From assembly GCA_964035545.1 (NCBI GenBank), contig OZ037772.1:682001-746000 (forward strand): a DNA stretch of 64,000 bases. The letters run 5' to 3'. Each line of letters starts with the position of its first letter. Positions within the stretch are counted from its first letter, which is position 1. This stretch comes from Bugula neritina. Its lineage: Eukaryota > Animalia > Bryozoa. A program made the translations under genes and the position numbers. The notes below the pieces were generated by a model that was not told where the DNA came from, searched no databases, and saw only the letters and a program-made list of their open reading frames with translations. Of the stretch, positions 15,218 through 27,920 are shown piece by piece.

Positions 15218-15994
15218 CACGGGCTTTCCATGTATCGATCTCAGATCGATCTCACTGAGATCGATCTGAGAAATGTACTCAGATCGATCGTTTTTCCATG
15301 AGAGTGTCAGATCGATCTCGCGAAGTTGCCTCCTCTTAAGTGAAGGATACTTGAAAAGTATATTTTGTTTACCTATTTGAGTGATTAAAGCTACCACTGT
15401 TGAAAAAAAGATGGTCGTAGTCTAAAATTTAATCCCAGCTATAAAATATATGCAGCAAAGCTTTCAGGGTACGGTAATTTGGCCAATTTAAAATAATTAA
15501 TTTTAATTTTTTAGCTAGACAGCTTATATAAAATTAATGGCTGTCTTGCAGATTATTAATAAACTTACAGGACTGTTAGGCTTTAAATTACAAAGAAAAT
15601 AGGTAATGAAACTAAGTTTTAATAGTCATTTAAATTCAATTTAAATTTTCCCATTTTTTTTGCCTTCTACTGCATATAATTGAGTTTCCTTAATCATTGT
15701 GCTGAAAGTCAAAATTTTGGCATCTGAAAAGGTGGCTATCATAATTGTTTAATACTTTGCTTATTAATTATCAACAAGTTATCATTTTTATTAGCAGACA
15801 ACATTGTAGCGAGCAGTCTTTTTCTACTTCTCAGATCGATCTGGCGTCTTTCCATGGTCTTATTGACATGAGATCGATCTGAGTTCGAGCTCCACAGACC
15901 GACCAGCTCAGAACGATGGAGATCGATCTTTGGCGTCTTTCCATGGATCGATCTCGTCGAGATCGATCTGAGATCGGTACATGGAAAGCTGGTG
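15218..15994. mobile_element. Non-autonomous TIR element with CAC...GTG termini and GATCGATC-rich subterminal repeats
   Basis: TIR of about 36 bp, CACGGGCTTTCCATGTATCGATCTCAGATCGATCTC and its near-perfect inverse; TSD TAT at 15215-15217 and 15995-15997. Confidence 0.85.
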
Positions 15995-16083
15995 TATGTA
16001 CAAAATATAAAGGTCAAGAGACTATGTAAAATATACAGATGTCAAGAGGTCACTGAGCTATGATGAACAATGTACAATATGAT

Positions 16084-16181
16084 CACAGGCTTTCCATGGA
16101 CGACTGAGATCGATCTTTGATGTCTTTTCATGGAGCGATCTCACCAATATAGATCTGAGATCGATCCATGGAAAGCCAGTG
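16084..16181. mobile_element. 98-bp deletion derivative of the same CAC...GTG family
   Basis: CACAGGCTTTCCATGGA ... TCCATGGAAAGCCAGTG; no clear TSD. Confidence 0.7.
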
Positions 16182-16186
16182 AAAGG

Positions 16187-16275
16187 GTCACACCCACTCC
16201 AGAAATGGCCACACCCACTCCGGAAAGAGCCACACCCACTCTAGAAAGGCCACACCTATTCCAGAAAAGGCCACA
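16187..16275. repeat. Tandem repeat, about 20 bp x4 (GCCACACCCACTCCAGAAAG)
   Basis: Directly visible. Confidence 0.85.
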
Positions 16276-16564
16276 TTAAAGGGAATTCATAGTTTATCAA
16301 CATAAACAGAGTCTGTGGTGAATATTAGGTCTGTGCTAAACCCACTTGCTTTCTGTATAAATAACACAAGACAAGATGAAGAATGAGTCATACCTCAGCC
16401 TTAGGTTGCCCCTGGATCTGCACAAAGTAGGCTGGTACTCTGTGCCCCCACCATAGCTGTCTGGAGATACACCAGTCCCTGGAGTTCCTCGGCCATTTGT
16501 ACCAAGTGACTGTGTGATAGTCTGGTATGATCTTTAGCTTGCCTGATTCTACTACCTGCAGTAT

Positions 16565-16744
16565 ACATACTATGCTATATATACTATACTATAGATATAC
16601 TATACTATAGATATACTATACAGTACTAATATATATACTATATACAGTACTAATATATTATATACTATACAGTACTAATATATACACTATACAGTACTAA
16701 TATATATACTATACACAGTACTAATATATATACTATGCACAGTA

Positions 16745-16805
<61 letters not shown>

Positions 16806-16950
16806 CAGTACTAATATTAATACTACACAGTACTAATATATTATATACTATACAGTACTAATATATTATATACTATACAGTACTAATATATATACTATAC
16901 AGTACTAATATATACACTATACAGTACTAATATATATACTATGCACAGTA

Positions 16951-17017
<67 letters not shown>

Positions 17018-17279
17018 ACTACACAGTACTAATATATTATATACTATACAGTACTAATATATATACTATACAATACTAATATATATATACTATACAGTAC
17101 TAATATATATACTATACAGTACTAATATACATACTATACAGTACTAATATATATACTATACAGTACTAATATATATACTATACAATACTAATATATATAT
17201 ATACTATACAGTACTAATATATATACTATACAGTACTAATATATATACTATACAGTACTAATACATATACTATACAGTA

Positions 17280-17336
<57 letters not shown>

Positions 17337-17481
17337 CAGTACTAATATTAATACTACACAGTACTAATATATTATATACTATACAGTACTAATATATTAT
17401 ATACTATACAGTACTAATATATATACTATACAGTACTAATATATACACTATACAGTACTAATATATATACTATGCACAGTA

Positions 17482-17548
<67 letters not shown>

Positions 17549-17905
17549 ACTACACAGTACTAATATATTATATACTATACAGTACTAATATATATACTAT
17601 ACAATACTAATATATATATACTATACAGTACTAATATATATACTATACAGTACTAATATACATACTATACAGTACTAATATATATACTATACAGTACTAA
17701 TATATATACTATACAATACTAATATATATATATACTATACAGTACTAATATATATACTATACAGTACTAATATATATACTATACAGTACTAATATATATA
17801 CTATACAGTACTAATATATTATATACTATACACAGCACTAATATATTATATACTATACAGTACTAATATATATACTATACAGTACTAATATATTATATAC
17901 TATAC
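16565..17905. repeat. Compound minisatellite TACTATACAGTACTAATATA with embedded (TA)n and a higher-order duplication of about 530 bp
   Basis: Directly visible; the block starting near 16745 recurs near 17280. Confidence 0.95.
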
Positions 17906-18377
17906 ATAATATATAATACAAGCACCTCTACAGCCTTGGCTGCCATATCGTCACACGCCACATACCACTGTGGTTTGGGTATCGGCTCAATGATATCTTT
18001 AGATCGACTATAACACAAGAGACCACGGCGTGGAGGTCATTGTTAACAGACAGACTCACATAGTAACAGTTCAACTCAACAGCATTGTAAAAGATAATGG
18101 ATATGTTAATGGAGCTATTCTTTAGGAGGACAAGAGAGGGCAACTTCTATTACATTGAGATCTGTAACTATGAGTCATTTTACTTGATTTAGCACACAGA
18201 GCCATATACCTCTAGCTTTTAGCTATTGTTCACAGTTGAGCTGCTAATTCCGTATCTCAGTAAGCTGAGGGACCTGACACCTCAATTCATGACATAGTAG
18301 AATTCTTACCCTAGCAGAATACCATATTTAACACACGGATCTGTTAAATTATTTTGTCCCTACACACAAAAGGCTTT

Positions 18378-18735
18378 GAATACACAGGATAACAGGCTAT
18401 GAATATACAGGACAACAGGCTATGAATATACAGGACAATAGGCTATGAATATACAGGACAACAGGCTATGAATATACAGGACAACAGGCTATGAATATAC
18501 AGGACAACAGGCTATGAATATACAGGACAACAGGCTATGAATATACAGGACAACAGGCTATGAATATACAGGACAACAGGCTATGAATATACAGGACAAC
18601 AGGCTATGAATATACAGGACAATAGGCTATGAATATACAGGACAACAGGCTATGAATATACAGGACAAAAGGCTATTAATATACAGGACAACGGGTTATG
18701 AATATACAGGACAACAGGCTATGCATATACAGGAA
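18378..18735. repeat. 21-bp minisatellite ATACAGGACAACAGGCTATGA, about 17 copies
   Basis: Directly visible; it abuts the ValRS donor site at 18745. Confidence 0.95.
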
Positions 18736-21501
18736 ACAGAGCACCTGTCCCAAACTCCATCTCCACAAAGTCGTCAGCTACAACAGGTATTCTCCTGTCA
18801 GCAAAAATATGTCTCACAAATCTCCCATGTAAGTGTTTGTATCGGCCGTCTTCAGGGTGGACAGCCACGGCAGTGTCACCTACAATAGTTACCAGACTTT
18901 ATAGTCTCTCACAGTATTGAGTATTGATATACAATTATATATTTACTGAGTGTTTACCAGATCCAACTTCACAGTCACTATACTCAGAGTACACAACTCC
19001 CAGTAAGTTAGTATCAAGCTAATTAACCACTAACCCCCTATTCACACTTACCGTATCGTACGCCGTAACAGCAAATATCAGCCATTTTTACACATGTCTG
19101 AGCTTCCTGTACGGTGTTGCGGTACGGTAGGATCAAGCACTGCTTGATTCAAATAAGTTGCGGCGGACTCCTATTGGACAGAAAAACTTTTGCGTTAATT
19201 CATTGGATATAAATGTCTAATGCAGCGTCATAGATCGTACCTAATAGCGGACTTTGAAAACTTCAACCCGCACCTTAAACCAAAATGGAATAATAAAATT
19301 AAAGAATTTAGGCTATCTCAAGTTCTCCACTACTGCTCCTAAGTGAGAAAGTGAGAATAGTTAGAGAGATCTACTGGAGTTACTTCAATTGGCAGCAAGA
19401 GTCAGCCATTATTACGTTGCTAAGCAACAAAGCTATCAGTGACATTGATGTCTACTAACCCAACATAGTTTCTAATCTAATTGTGGCCACAATAATCTTT
19501 TCGTCAGAGTCTTCTACTTTATATGCAAACGAAAGGAGAACTCCGAACTCCACCTTCTCCTTGTAGCCCGGCACAGAGAGCATAGTCCTTCCTGTCAACT
19601 CTACTTTGTCTACCTGCAATCAGTGATACAACTCTCTCAGACTATACAGGTCAAAGGTTAAACTGTAGTGTGTGCCTCTGAGTCACTGCGTTCTCATTCT
19701 TTTCTATTAGTTCATATAATGTAAATGGATGCTCGTACGAATGAATATGTGGCTGTGGTCTCATTGATGTATTCATTTGAAGATAGTCATAATGTAATAT
19801 ATCAGGCTGTGTCTGAATACTACTATTAGGTTAGTTACTACCAACACACAAGTCTCGCAGTGAATAAACAGTTGACGTACACACAGCCGGGAGTCAGACT
19901 GATACTGTACGGTATACCTCAATATCAGGGATGGCAGAGTTGAGAGTACAGGACCAGTTGACGAGTCGGTTAGCTCTGTAGATCACACCTTTCTCGTGCA
20001 TTCTGATAAACGCTTCGTTCACCGCTTTTAAAGATTTCTAATAAACAAGTATATATTAGTCATGTGTCAAGTGTGAACTGATAAACCAATCATAGAGAGG
20101 ATAACACACTGAGTCAGTAAACAGCCGACACGGCATATAGACTCCACTACTCAAACATAATACATATGTATAGAGAGGATAACTCCTCACCTCATCCATA
20201 GTGAACGTAGTTCTGTCCCAGTCATAAGACCCGCCCACTTTCCTCAACTGATGGTAGGTTCTGTTTCCTTTTCCATAGAAATTATATAATAACACTGACC
20301 AATCATTGTGCTGCAAAACTTAGTTATATTAGCAACTTAAATAATGAGACCAATGAGAGAGTGTGATGAAGTAAACCTATATTTAACTTTTTGTATATTC
20401 AATTATATATATTAATTTTATCATATTATCATATATATATTATATATCATCTTATATCAAACTATAACAACTGCACACCAATAAGATAAAATAAAAACTC
20501 AAACCCGAATACTAAGTCGCTATGAAATGCATTTTCAAGATAAAATATTCCCTTACTGGTTCTTCCAGTCCCACACTCGTCTCACAAACTCATCTCGTCC
20601 CAAATCGTGTCGAGTTTTATTCTCTTCTCTAGCGAGTTTTTTCTCGACGACAACTTGAGTAGCTATTCCTGCGTGGTCACATCCGGGTACAAACAGTGTC
20701 ACCTTCCCATTCATCCGGTGCCTGACAATACAACAGAACTGACACCTGCAGACACCTGACAATACAAGCATATCAGACACCTGTAGATATTCTGGAAAGG
20801 TGCTGAGAGAAATATCTGTGGTTGAAACAACATCAATATAATAGATGAATGACTTATGCCAACCGGTACTTAACACAAATTTTCTCAGCATTCAAAAAAG
20901 AATTAACAGGGGGATGTTAATAGCCTGTCTGTGGAACAACTCCAAGTGACTTGGCAAGATGCCGAAATGTCATGTAGTCACCACCAGAGGAATGGTGTCT
21001 ACTGTTACATGCTATAAGCTACATACACCACCAGTTTAGTGACTAGGTAAGTACGGAGTTGTCTCATCTATATGAATGAACATCTCACCACCGAACTATC
21101 GCATCCTCAACTGCCCCCGTGAGGCCATGTCCTAGGTGAAGAGTCCCGGTCACATTAGGGGGAGGGATCAGGATGATAAACTTCTCTTCAGGTGTGAGTT
21201 TCAGCACATCTCTACCTGTTACAAAGCAACCAATCACATCTCTCTCGGTTACAAAGTAAAAAGCAACCAATCACAGTACCTGTTACAACAGAGTAACAAA
21301 TCACACCTCTACGTGTTAGAAGTAACCAATCACACATTATAGACTTTACTATGATGAGAAGTGTACCTTTGAGATTATACTCAGGTTTGAAGAATCCTTC
21401 CTTCTCCCACCAAAAGTACCAGGCAGCTTCCACATAGGACGGGGAGTAAGAATCAGGCATGGGACACGTCGTGTCTAGAATAATAGAAAACTATAAAGTA
21501 A

Positions 21502-21640
21502 TGGGGAGCAGCTGTGGTCTAGGGGTTAGAGCGTTTGTGTAGTGAACACGAAGCCATTGTTTGACAAAGGCCATTGGTGACGTTAGAAAGAGCATCCAGT
21601 CATAATTGCTCCTCTGCCACATCTAAATAAGTCCTTAGCC
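21502..21640 (+). mobile_element. Degenerate tRNA-derived SINE-like sequence
   Basis: A-box-like TGGTCTAGGGGTTAGAGCG head, similar to the one near 44705; B box not recognisable. Confidence 0.35.
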
Positions 21641-24096
21641 TGTTTTAACAAAAATGCTTTCCACCAGGAGTCTCTCACAAGGTTGGTGACTATACACTGA
21701 TATCTAGATATACTAAGTTGAGACTTGTCTTCTACTGGTCCATACAGTTCAAATATGATAAACACATGTATAAATACAATAATCTATTCATAGCCCAAAG
21801 TCTAACCACCAACCAGGACGAATAAATAAGACGGTGGCCTGACACTACTACTACTACAACTTATATAACTTATACACAGCAGACTGTTAGGAGTATTTGA
21901 ATCTGAGGCTATCCAATGTATGAGTAGGGCAGCCCTAAATGTAGGATATTGGAATACCATGTCTTATTACTTCAGTCTAAAGCAGTGTTTATACCTTCAC
22001 GATTTTCAGTCAGAAATTCAATTTTGCCGAGTTGCATTTCATTGTAAAAGCCAATCATCAAAATTTTTGCTTTGTACATGCTTAATCAAATAATTTTAGA
22101 GTAACAATCAAAGGGAATGATAACTCCTTTAGATATGGGGTATTCATGTTTATAATTACATCGGCTGTCTTTTTCAATTATCACTTATGCTGTCAACTTA
22201 ATTTATTACGTTTTCAAAGGGCATCAAATAGTGATTAAGCGAGTTATATTTGAGTATTACAGAGTGAGCTCCCTTATTAATATGATTTCAACAACTTTAA
22301 GTAAGACTATAGAGGGGCGGGAAACACTGAACTCCTTTTAGTAAAGATAGAAACGCAACTTCAGTTTAAACTGCTTACACACATAACTGTGTGTTCACTA
22401 CCGAGCAGTGTACACTGATAAATCAGTGCTTCAACTGAAACTTGTAAGTAAAAGAATGAAGAGCCCAATTGAGTATAAAATGTAGAGAATAATTGAACTG
22501 AACCTTTCTTATGGCCAACTGGTGTGTCCACGTTATACGTTACTACAGCCTTTTCCTTTTTCTCTTTCACTTTTTTCTAGAAAAATAACAACAATCAAAC
22601 TTGAAGAAAATAAAATAGAAATTGTTAGCTGCAGATACAGACAACTTCCAGGTAAAAGTACAGCCATACAGCCGCAATACGAATATGCAATTCAAGTAAC
22701 ACTTTCATGTAGAAGTACAACCATAAATACGAATAGAAAGCAACACAAGTATATACATTTAAGAGCAGTAGTGTAGAAATCGAGATAGCCTAGGTTCTTT
22801 AATCTTAATATCAAATTTTGGTTTGGGGTGCGGCTTGAAATTCTAACAAGAACACAACTTCTCATGCTACATTTCTAATCTATAACAGAGGCTTTTCTCA
22901 ATTTCTCCATTACTGCACCTACCTTAGTATATATAGAACCTGTAACTAACTAAACAGACACCTCAGTAGTCGTGGCAGACTCTGCCTTCTGTTTAGCCTG
23001 CTTAGCTTGAAACTTGGCTAGTTTAGCAGCTTCAGCAGCTTCTTTTTTCAACACTTTCTCAGATTTCATCTTGACCTCGCCAGTTGGCGCATCACCAGAG
23101 TTCACTTCCGACATGTTCGATTATTGTGAAACTTCTCTTAAAACACAGTCAGCCGTCATGGAACTAATAGATATCTCAATACTAAACATACAAACTACTG
23201 ACCCAGTATAGTTATATACAGATATCTTAATACTAATAATATAAACTAATGGCTCAGTATTGCCTTAGTTATGCGTGGGAGTTCAGTGATAAAACTCCTA
23301 TAAACCACACAGTTCAATAATGAAAGACTGTGACTTTTCACAAACAGACATCTCATCTCTGATTCTAATGAGACATCACGAAATTTTCAGACAAACGATA
23401 TTGCATTTCAACTTTGTGACTATCACATAATAATAATCATTGTCATTTGAAAGATTCTGCTAAAATCGAAATGCCAATGTTAATCACAAGGTCAACCATA
23501 AATGACTCAGTCTGATGACTGACGGTTATGCTTAATGATTAATTAGTAATATGAATAGATTGCAAGTGATCAGCATGATGATGGTGATGATTGCTTTTCA
23601 CCATCAAAGGTCAAACTTTGTAATTGCAGCTTGAAATGTAAAATTAAATAATATTACTTTTATTTAATTATACAAGTATAACTTACTATCATAACAATAT
23701 TCAACTTTATGTAGTCATTATGCACATGATAACGGTTTACCTTTTACTTTAGGTGATAATTATACTATTCACGATTATCATTATGTCTACCATTATGATT
23801 ATCTCAACTTTAACTTATCAATTACGATAATTAACCATTTATTTTTAATGATAAAAATTTAAATCATTGAATGAACACTAAAAGTAATTTAAATTCACAC
23901 TTTTATTATCATAACTATCAAATTAATATTAATAGGCATATTTGATTTTTAGATTACAATAATAATTATCAAATCATGGTATAGAATTAAATATTATAGT
24001 TAATATTATTATAAATATAATTAATATAATTGTATTTATTGAAACTAAAATAGTAAAGTAAACTAAATGAATTATCGACATGAGTATGAGTATGAG

Positions 24097-24480
24097 TAGG
24101 CCACAACTAGAAGGTGCAGCAGCAATTTGAGATCCCCGTTTGCAATACCTCATTAAAGATATAGAACAGGTGCAAAATAATGCAATCAGATTCATTGCTA
24201 AATTGAAAGGCAGAGACAGTATCACTGTGGCACGTGGCAAACTAAACCTAGAATCTCTCCCCGACAGACGCTTCAAGCTGAGGCACAAGTTACTGTTGCG
24301 ACTTCTATCTAATGAGGGAAATCAGGCATTTCTAACCAACTCCTATGAGCTGATGAACAGTAAAACCTAAAATACTAGGTTTACTAAGGCATCAAGCAGG
24401 GACGATCCCCCAACCATTTTTGCAAAATCAGCAGCCTACTACAGCAGCTTCTTTCCAAAAACAGCCCGGGAGCTTAAGTC
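24097..24480 (+). mobile_element. 5'-truncated non-LTR retrotransposon (CR1/L2-like) ORF2 3' end
   Basis: RPQLEGAAAI*DPRLQYLIKDIEQVQNNAIRFI...LNLESLPDRR...SFFPKTAREL matches the conserved post-RT region of CR1/L2-type LINEs; contains in-frame stops. Confidence 0.8.
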
Positions 24481-26207
24481 TATGCTAAATAATTAGTCAA
24501 TACACCAGAGTTGTATATGTGCAACATACTGAAAATACTTGCTAGCCTGTAATCGGCAACTGTAGAGGTGTGCCTCTTGCTACATGCTCTAATGCGTGTA
24601 AGAGGTAAGAGGACTATCAATATGACTATCAATATGACTAGGAGTACCCAAGTACCAGTAGACATAGTAGCTGTAGAAAGTCTATCCCAATCAGTAACTG
24701 TAAGCCGTAAGGGCTAAGACTATCACTAGGAATATAAAAAACTATAACTTGAGTATAACTAATTGAAGGTGAGTTAATATAAATTATTTTAATAAATATA
24801 ATCACTACAAAATGAAATATTCATTATAAATATTTATACTTTTATTTTATAATAATTTTTAAATTTATTTAAATCATTTTATTTAGGTTCATCACCTTTC
24901 ATTATGATTAATGAAATTCATAAATCATATTCATAAAGATAATGATAATGACTTAAAAAAATGAAAAGTGATAAACCCATAATCATAATGATTATTAGTA
25001 TCATTTATCGCTTATCAGTGATACTCATAATCATAATGATGATCTTGATCATAATCAATATGAATATCAATATCATGTTATACTTATACTTAAACTTATA
25101 CTTATAGTTATTGATTATTCAATAATTATAATTGATTGATTCTTATTCATATTAATAATGAATAAAAAATTATATCAACACTACAACTTACTACATCAAG
25201 ATTGACGCATAGTATAATACACACTGGCACTGGTACTACAATAATAATAATATTCAGAAATACTTGAAGCATACAGAAAATGATAAAGATGATGCAAGAG
25301 CCAAGACACACATACAATTAGAAAAGCAACCGCGTCGCTTTGATCTTAAAGAATCGCTAGAAGTTGTACCAAGTTTGGAGTCAGTGAGTGCAGCGTTAAA
25401 GAGATGCAATAAACCACTGAACCTAGTGGCTACCAACTTTGTGCTATTTCAAGTTGAATGCAACAAAAAGAACCCTAAATTATTACTCTGCGGGTTGATA
25501 CGATAAGACTGACGATCGAGTTTAGCAGATATATGTATATATATATATATATGGTGACAGATCACAGTCTTAAAAAATTAGGCGATTCGCAGTACTTTGC
25601 TTTTAAAAGTTTCAGTTTGCACAGTGTGGTTAATACAATATAATATCATTATTATTATTATATATCCTACTGAGTTTGCAAATCACTACTAGTACTGAAA
25701 TGGAAAAATAGTGTTGTATGTTATTAGGATACTATGCAATAGCCATAAACATAATATCATAATATATATATATTAATATATTTATAGCGTATGTAGAATT
25801 GAAATATTATGTGGCAATGATGATAGCTATCATTATCATAATCATTTCGTTTTGCCTTTTTACTTTTTAGTTTTTAGTTAAGACTAGTCTTAACTAAAAA
25901 CAAAAAAGTAAGAGCTGAGACTTACTACAGTTTGAGTTTTACTTTTAGTTTACAACTTACTCTTAGAGTAAGAGTTAGAGTTAGTGAGTAAACTTAGTTT
26001 TATCATATTGATTTTCACTTTAAATTGAACAGTTATCACTTATCCAGTTGATATTCATATTGATATTGGTATTGGTTATGACATTCTGATAGTGATTCAC
26101 TTCAAGTCAATAACTGACCCTATGATAATCATAATGATTATCATTATGATAAACTTAGTCTTAGAGTTAGAGTTCATCACTTCTTGAGCACCAATTGATA
26201 CTAATAC

Positions 26208-26479
26208 TGTAGTAATTTGTGTAACTACTATGCGTGGGTTCCTAGCTTGTAATTATGTCTATTTATCTACACCAATAAAGTATTTAAGTAAGAGTTTCCA
26301 AAGTTTATTTACTACTAATTATATAAAAGATACAGCACGTACACAGATTAGAGATTACATCTTCACTTAGTTAACACGCTCTCTCTACTGCAAAACTACT
26401 ACTAGCTGAGGGTTATCACGTGATGCACACGGATAGGCTGAAGGAATACGGGGGACGCGCGTATTACGTCCTCACTACA
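26208..26479 (-). repeat. 3' LTR
   Basis: TGTAGT...ACTACA; direct repeat of 33507-33778; minus-strand AATAAA near 26304-26309; ATCACGTGAT palindrome. Confidence 0.97.
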
Positions 26480-26490
26480 CCGCCCCCCCC
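26480..26490 (-). other. Polypurine tract
   Basis: GGGGGGGGCGG immediately upstream of the 3' LTR on the minus strand. Confidence 0.85.
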
Positions 26491-26831
26491 AGCAGAAAGC
26501 CCTACTTTCTGATAACACAGATACAATAAATTCGAACATAAAATGTTATAAAACTAAAAAAAACCGAGAGCGTGTGGCACATAAAAGAAAAACCTGGCTA
26601 TGTACAGTAATAAGAAAACATATACATATAAAAAAATATAACAGTAAATACACAATGGCACCGGCGGGAGGCACTTATAAAGGAATAGTTTATAGAGGTA
26701 GAGCTGTATACTGGTAGGTTACTATACACTGTTACACTGAGTAATTGTTTGTGAGCACCGGCGTGAGAAGGGTCTGGAATGGGGCACCACCTGCTGTACC
26801 ATCACGGATAGGGAGAGGAGGGACATCATCT

Positions 26832-27920
26832 TCAAGCACTTCCTTTCATTCGGGCTACAGAGGCAGAGAGGGCCCGGAGTTCTGATGCAGCGGCGGAGAT
26901 TCTCGGTGTCAGTCTTTGCACCTCTTTCTCTAATTCTCGTATCCGCTCTTCTGCCTCGCCTAGATTCCGGGCAGGGGCAGAGTGTCGGTTGGGGGATGAA
27001 GATGGCCAACGCCGTTTACGAGAAGGCCTTGGGGAGACAGGGGGGGAGGGACGCCATCGCTGTGGTATATCAATGCGTCGTAACACGACTCTTGGTATGG
27101 AGTCGGGGCGGGGCACTGTGCGTGCGGGGGGTGAGGGACGGGATACGCGTGGTTTCCTATATCCGGGTGGTTTAGGGCAGGGTCCCTGTGTGATGGTCCT
27201 GGGTGCGGGGAATTCCTGACGCAGCCGTTCATATCGAGCTGGGTCTGATATGAACGGTCGGATGAGATTAAGGAATTGTGGAAAGGAGGGTTCGTCGACT
27301 TCGAACAGGTGTCCAACATGGCATCCCATAGTTCGCTGGTGACGGAGGATGTAGTCCCTGTGGTAACTATATTCACCACAGGGACAAAAGGTGGTGAAAT
27401 AATGTTGGGGAATATGAACTCGAAGTCTTCGTGGAGTAGTGAAGTGAAGCTGGCATAAACGGCAGGTGGTGCATTTGTCGTCTCCCTTGTGCTCTCGTAT
27501 CAGTGTTTCTGTATCTGGTGTAACCCAGCATGACTGCTGTAAGAGTGCCTCCGGAAGAGTAGTGGGAACGGGTTCCTCGTTCCAAGCCATTTCTAGTGAC
27601 GGCATGTCACCAGAGAGAGGAGAGAGAGCGGTATCTAAAAGAGCAGAATTACTGTTAGATCGAGTATGATCTTTACACCATAATTCTGATGACAACCGAC
27701 TGTTACTAGTCTGGGAGTCATACATCTTTTCAGATAGCACTCGAGGGACTGAGTCGTGTCGTGTAGACTGACAGAGAGACATAGTGTCAAGCTCCAGATC
27801 TAGTAGATCGTCGGCCATCTTTATGTTCTCGTCGCCTTTCACGTAGGACTCAGTCCCCAGTAGTTGTGATTCAATCAAGGCGATTAAATCAGAACTGACT
27901 GATGGTAGACTGGTTTCCAT
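26832..27920 (-). CDS. Extra ORF3 of the Gypsy element: 362-aa C2H2 zinc-finger / coiled-coil protein
   Basis: Intact ATG-initiated ORF between IN and the PPT. Canonical C-x2-C-x3-F-x5-L-x2-H-x3-H finger (CRLCQLHFTTPRRLRVHIPQH), then C-x-C-x12-H-x5-C, a Pro/Arg-rich tract with RKRR, and C-terminal heptads. No signal peptide or TM helix. Confidence 0.8.
   Translation of the reverse strand: METSLPSVSSDLIALIESQLLGTESYVKGDENIKMADDLLDLELDTMSLCQSTRHDSVPRVLSEKMYDSQTSNSRLSSELWCKDHTRSNSNSALLDTALSPLSGDMPSLEMAWNEEPVPTTLPEALLQQSCWVTPDTETLIREHKGDDKCTTCRLCQLHFTTPRRLRVHIPQHYFTTFCPCGEYSYHRDYILRHQRTMGCHVGHLFEVDEPSFPQFLNLIRPFISDPARYERLRQEFPAPRTITQGPCPKPPGYRKPRVSRPSPPARTVPRPDSIPRVVLRRIDIPQRWRPSPPVSPRPSRKRRWPSSSPNRHSAPARNLGEAEERIRELEKEVQRLTPRISAAASELRALSASVARMKGSA

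Larger units (their letters stand above)
15072..23114 (-). pseudogene. VARS1: Valyl-tRNA synthetase, 5' part only, internally deleted
   Basis: 12 exons: 23114-22962, 22576-22504, 21474-21367, 21215-21089 ([13 protein letters not shown]), 20721-20557 ([15 protein letters not shown]), 20272-20191, 20037-19918, 19613-19460, 18879-18745, 18007-17926, 16555-16394 ([17 protein letters not shown]), 15177-15072. Defects: GG instead of AG acceptor at 20274-20273; the GAVKITPAHD exon(s) are absent with a phase 1 to phase 2 mismatch between 18745 and 18007; substitutions SAIPDIE and ATIRLET; no DTWFSS or KMSKS exons downstream. Confidence 0.88.

Noticed and set aside
10455-18735. Tandem arrays as CRISPR-like loci
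   Set aside because: Units are head-to-tail with no unique spacers, the context is eukaryotic and there are no cas genes.
25264-25506. 80-aa ORF in the AT-rich domain
   Set aside because: Non-ATG start, no recognisable motif and no supporting neighbouring exons.
26832-27920. ORF3 as an envelope gene
   Set aside because: No signal peptide, fusion peptide or transmembrane anchor; zinc fingers and a basic NLS-like motif instead.
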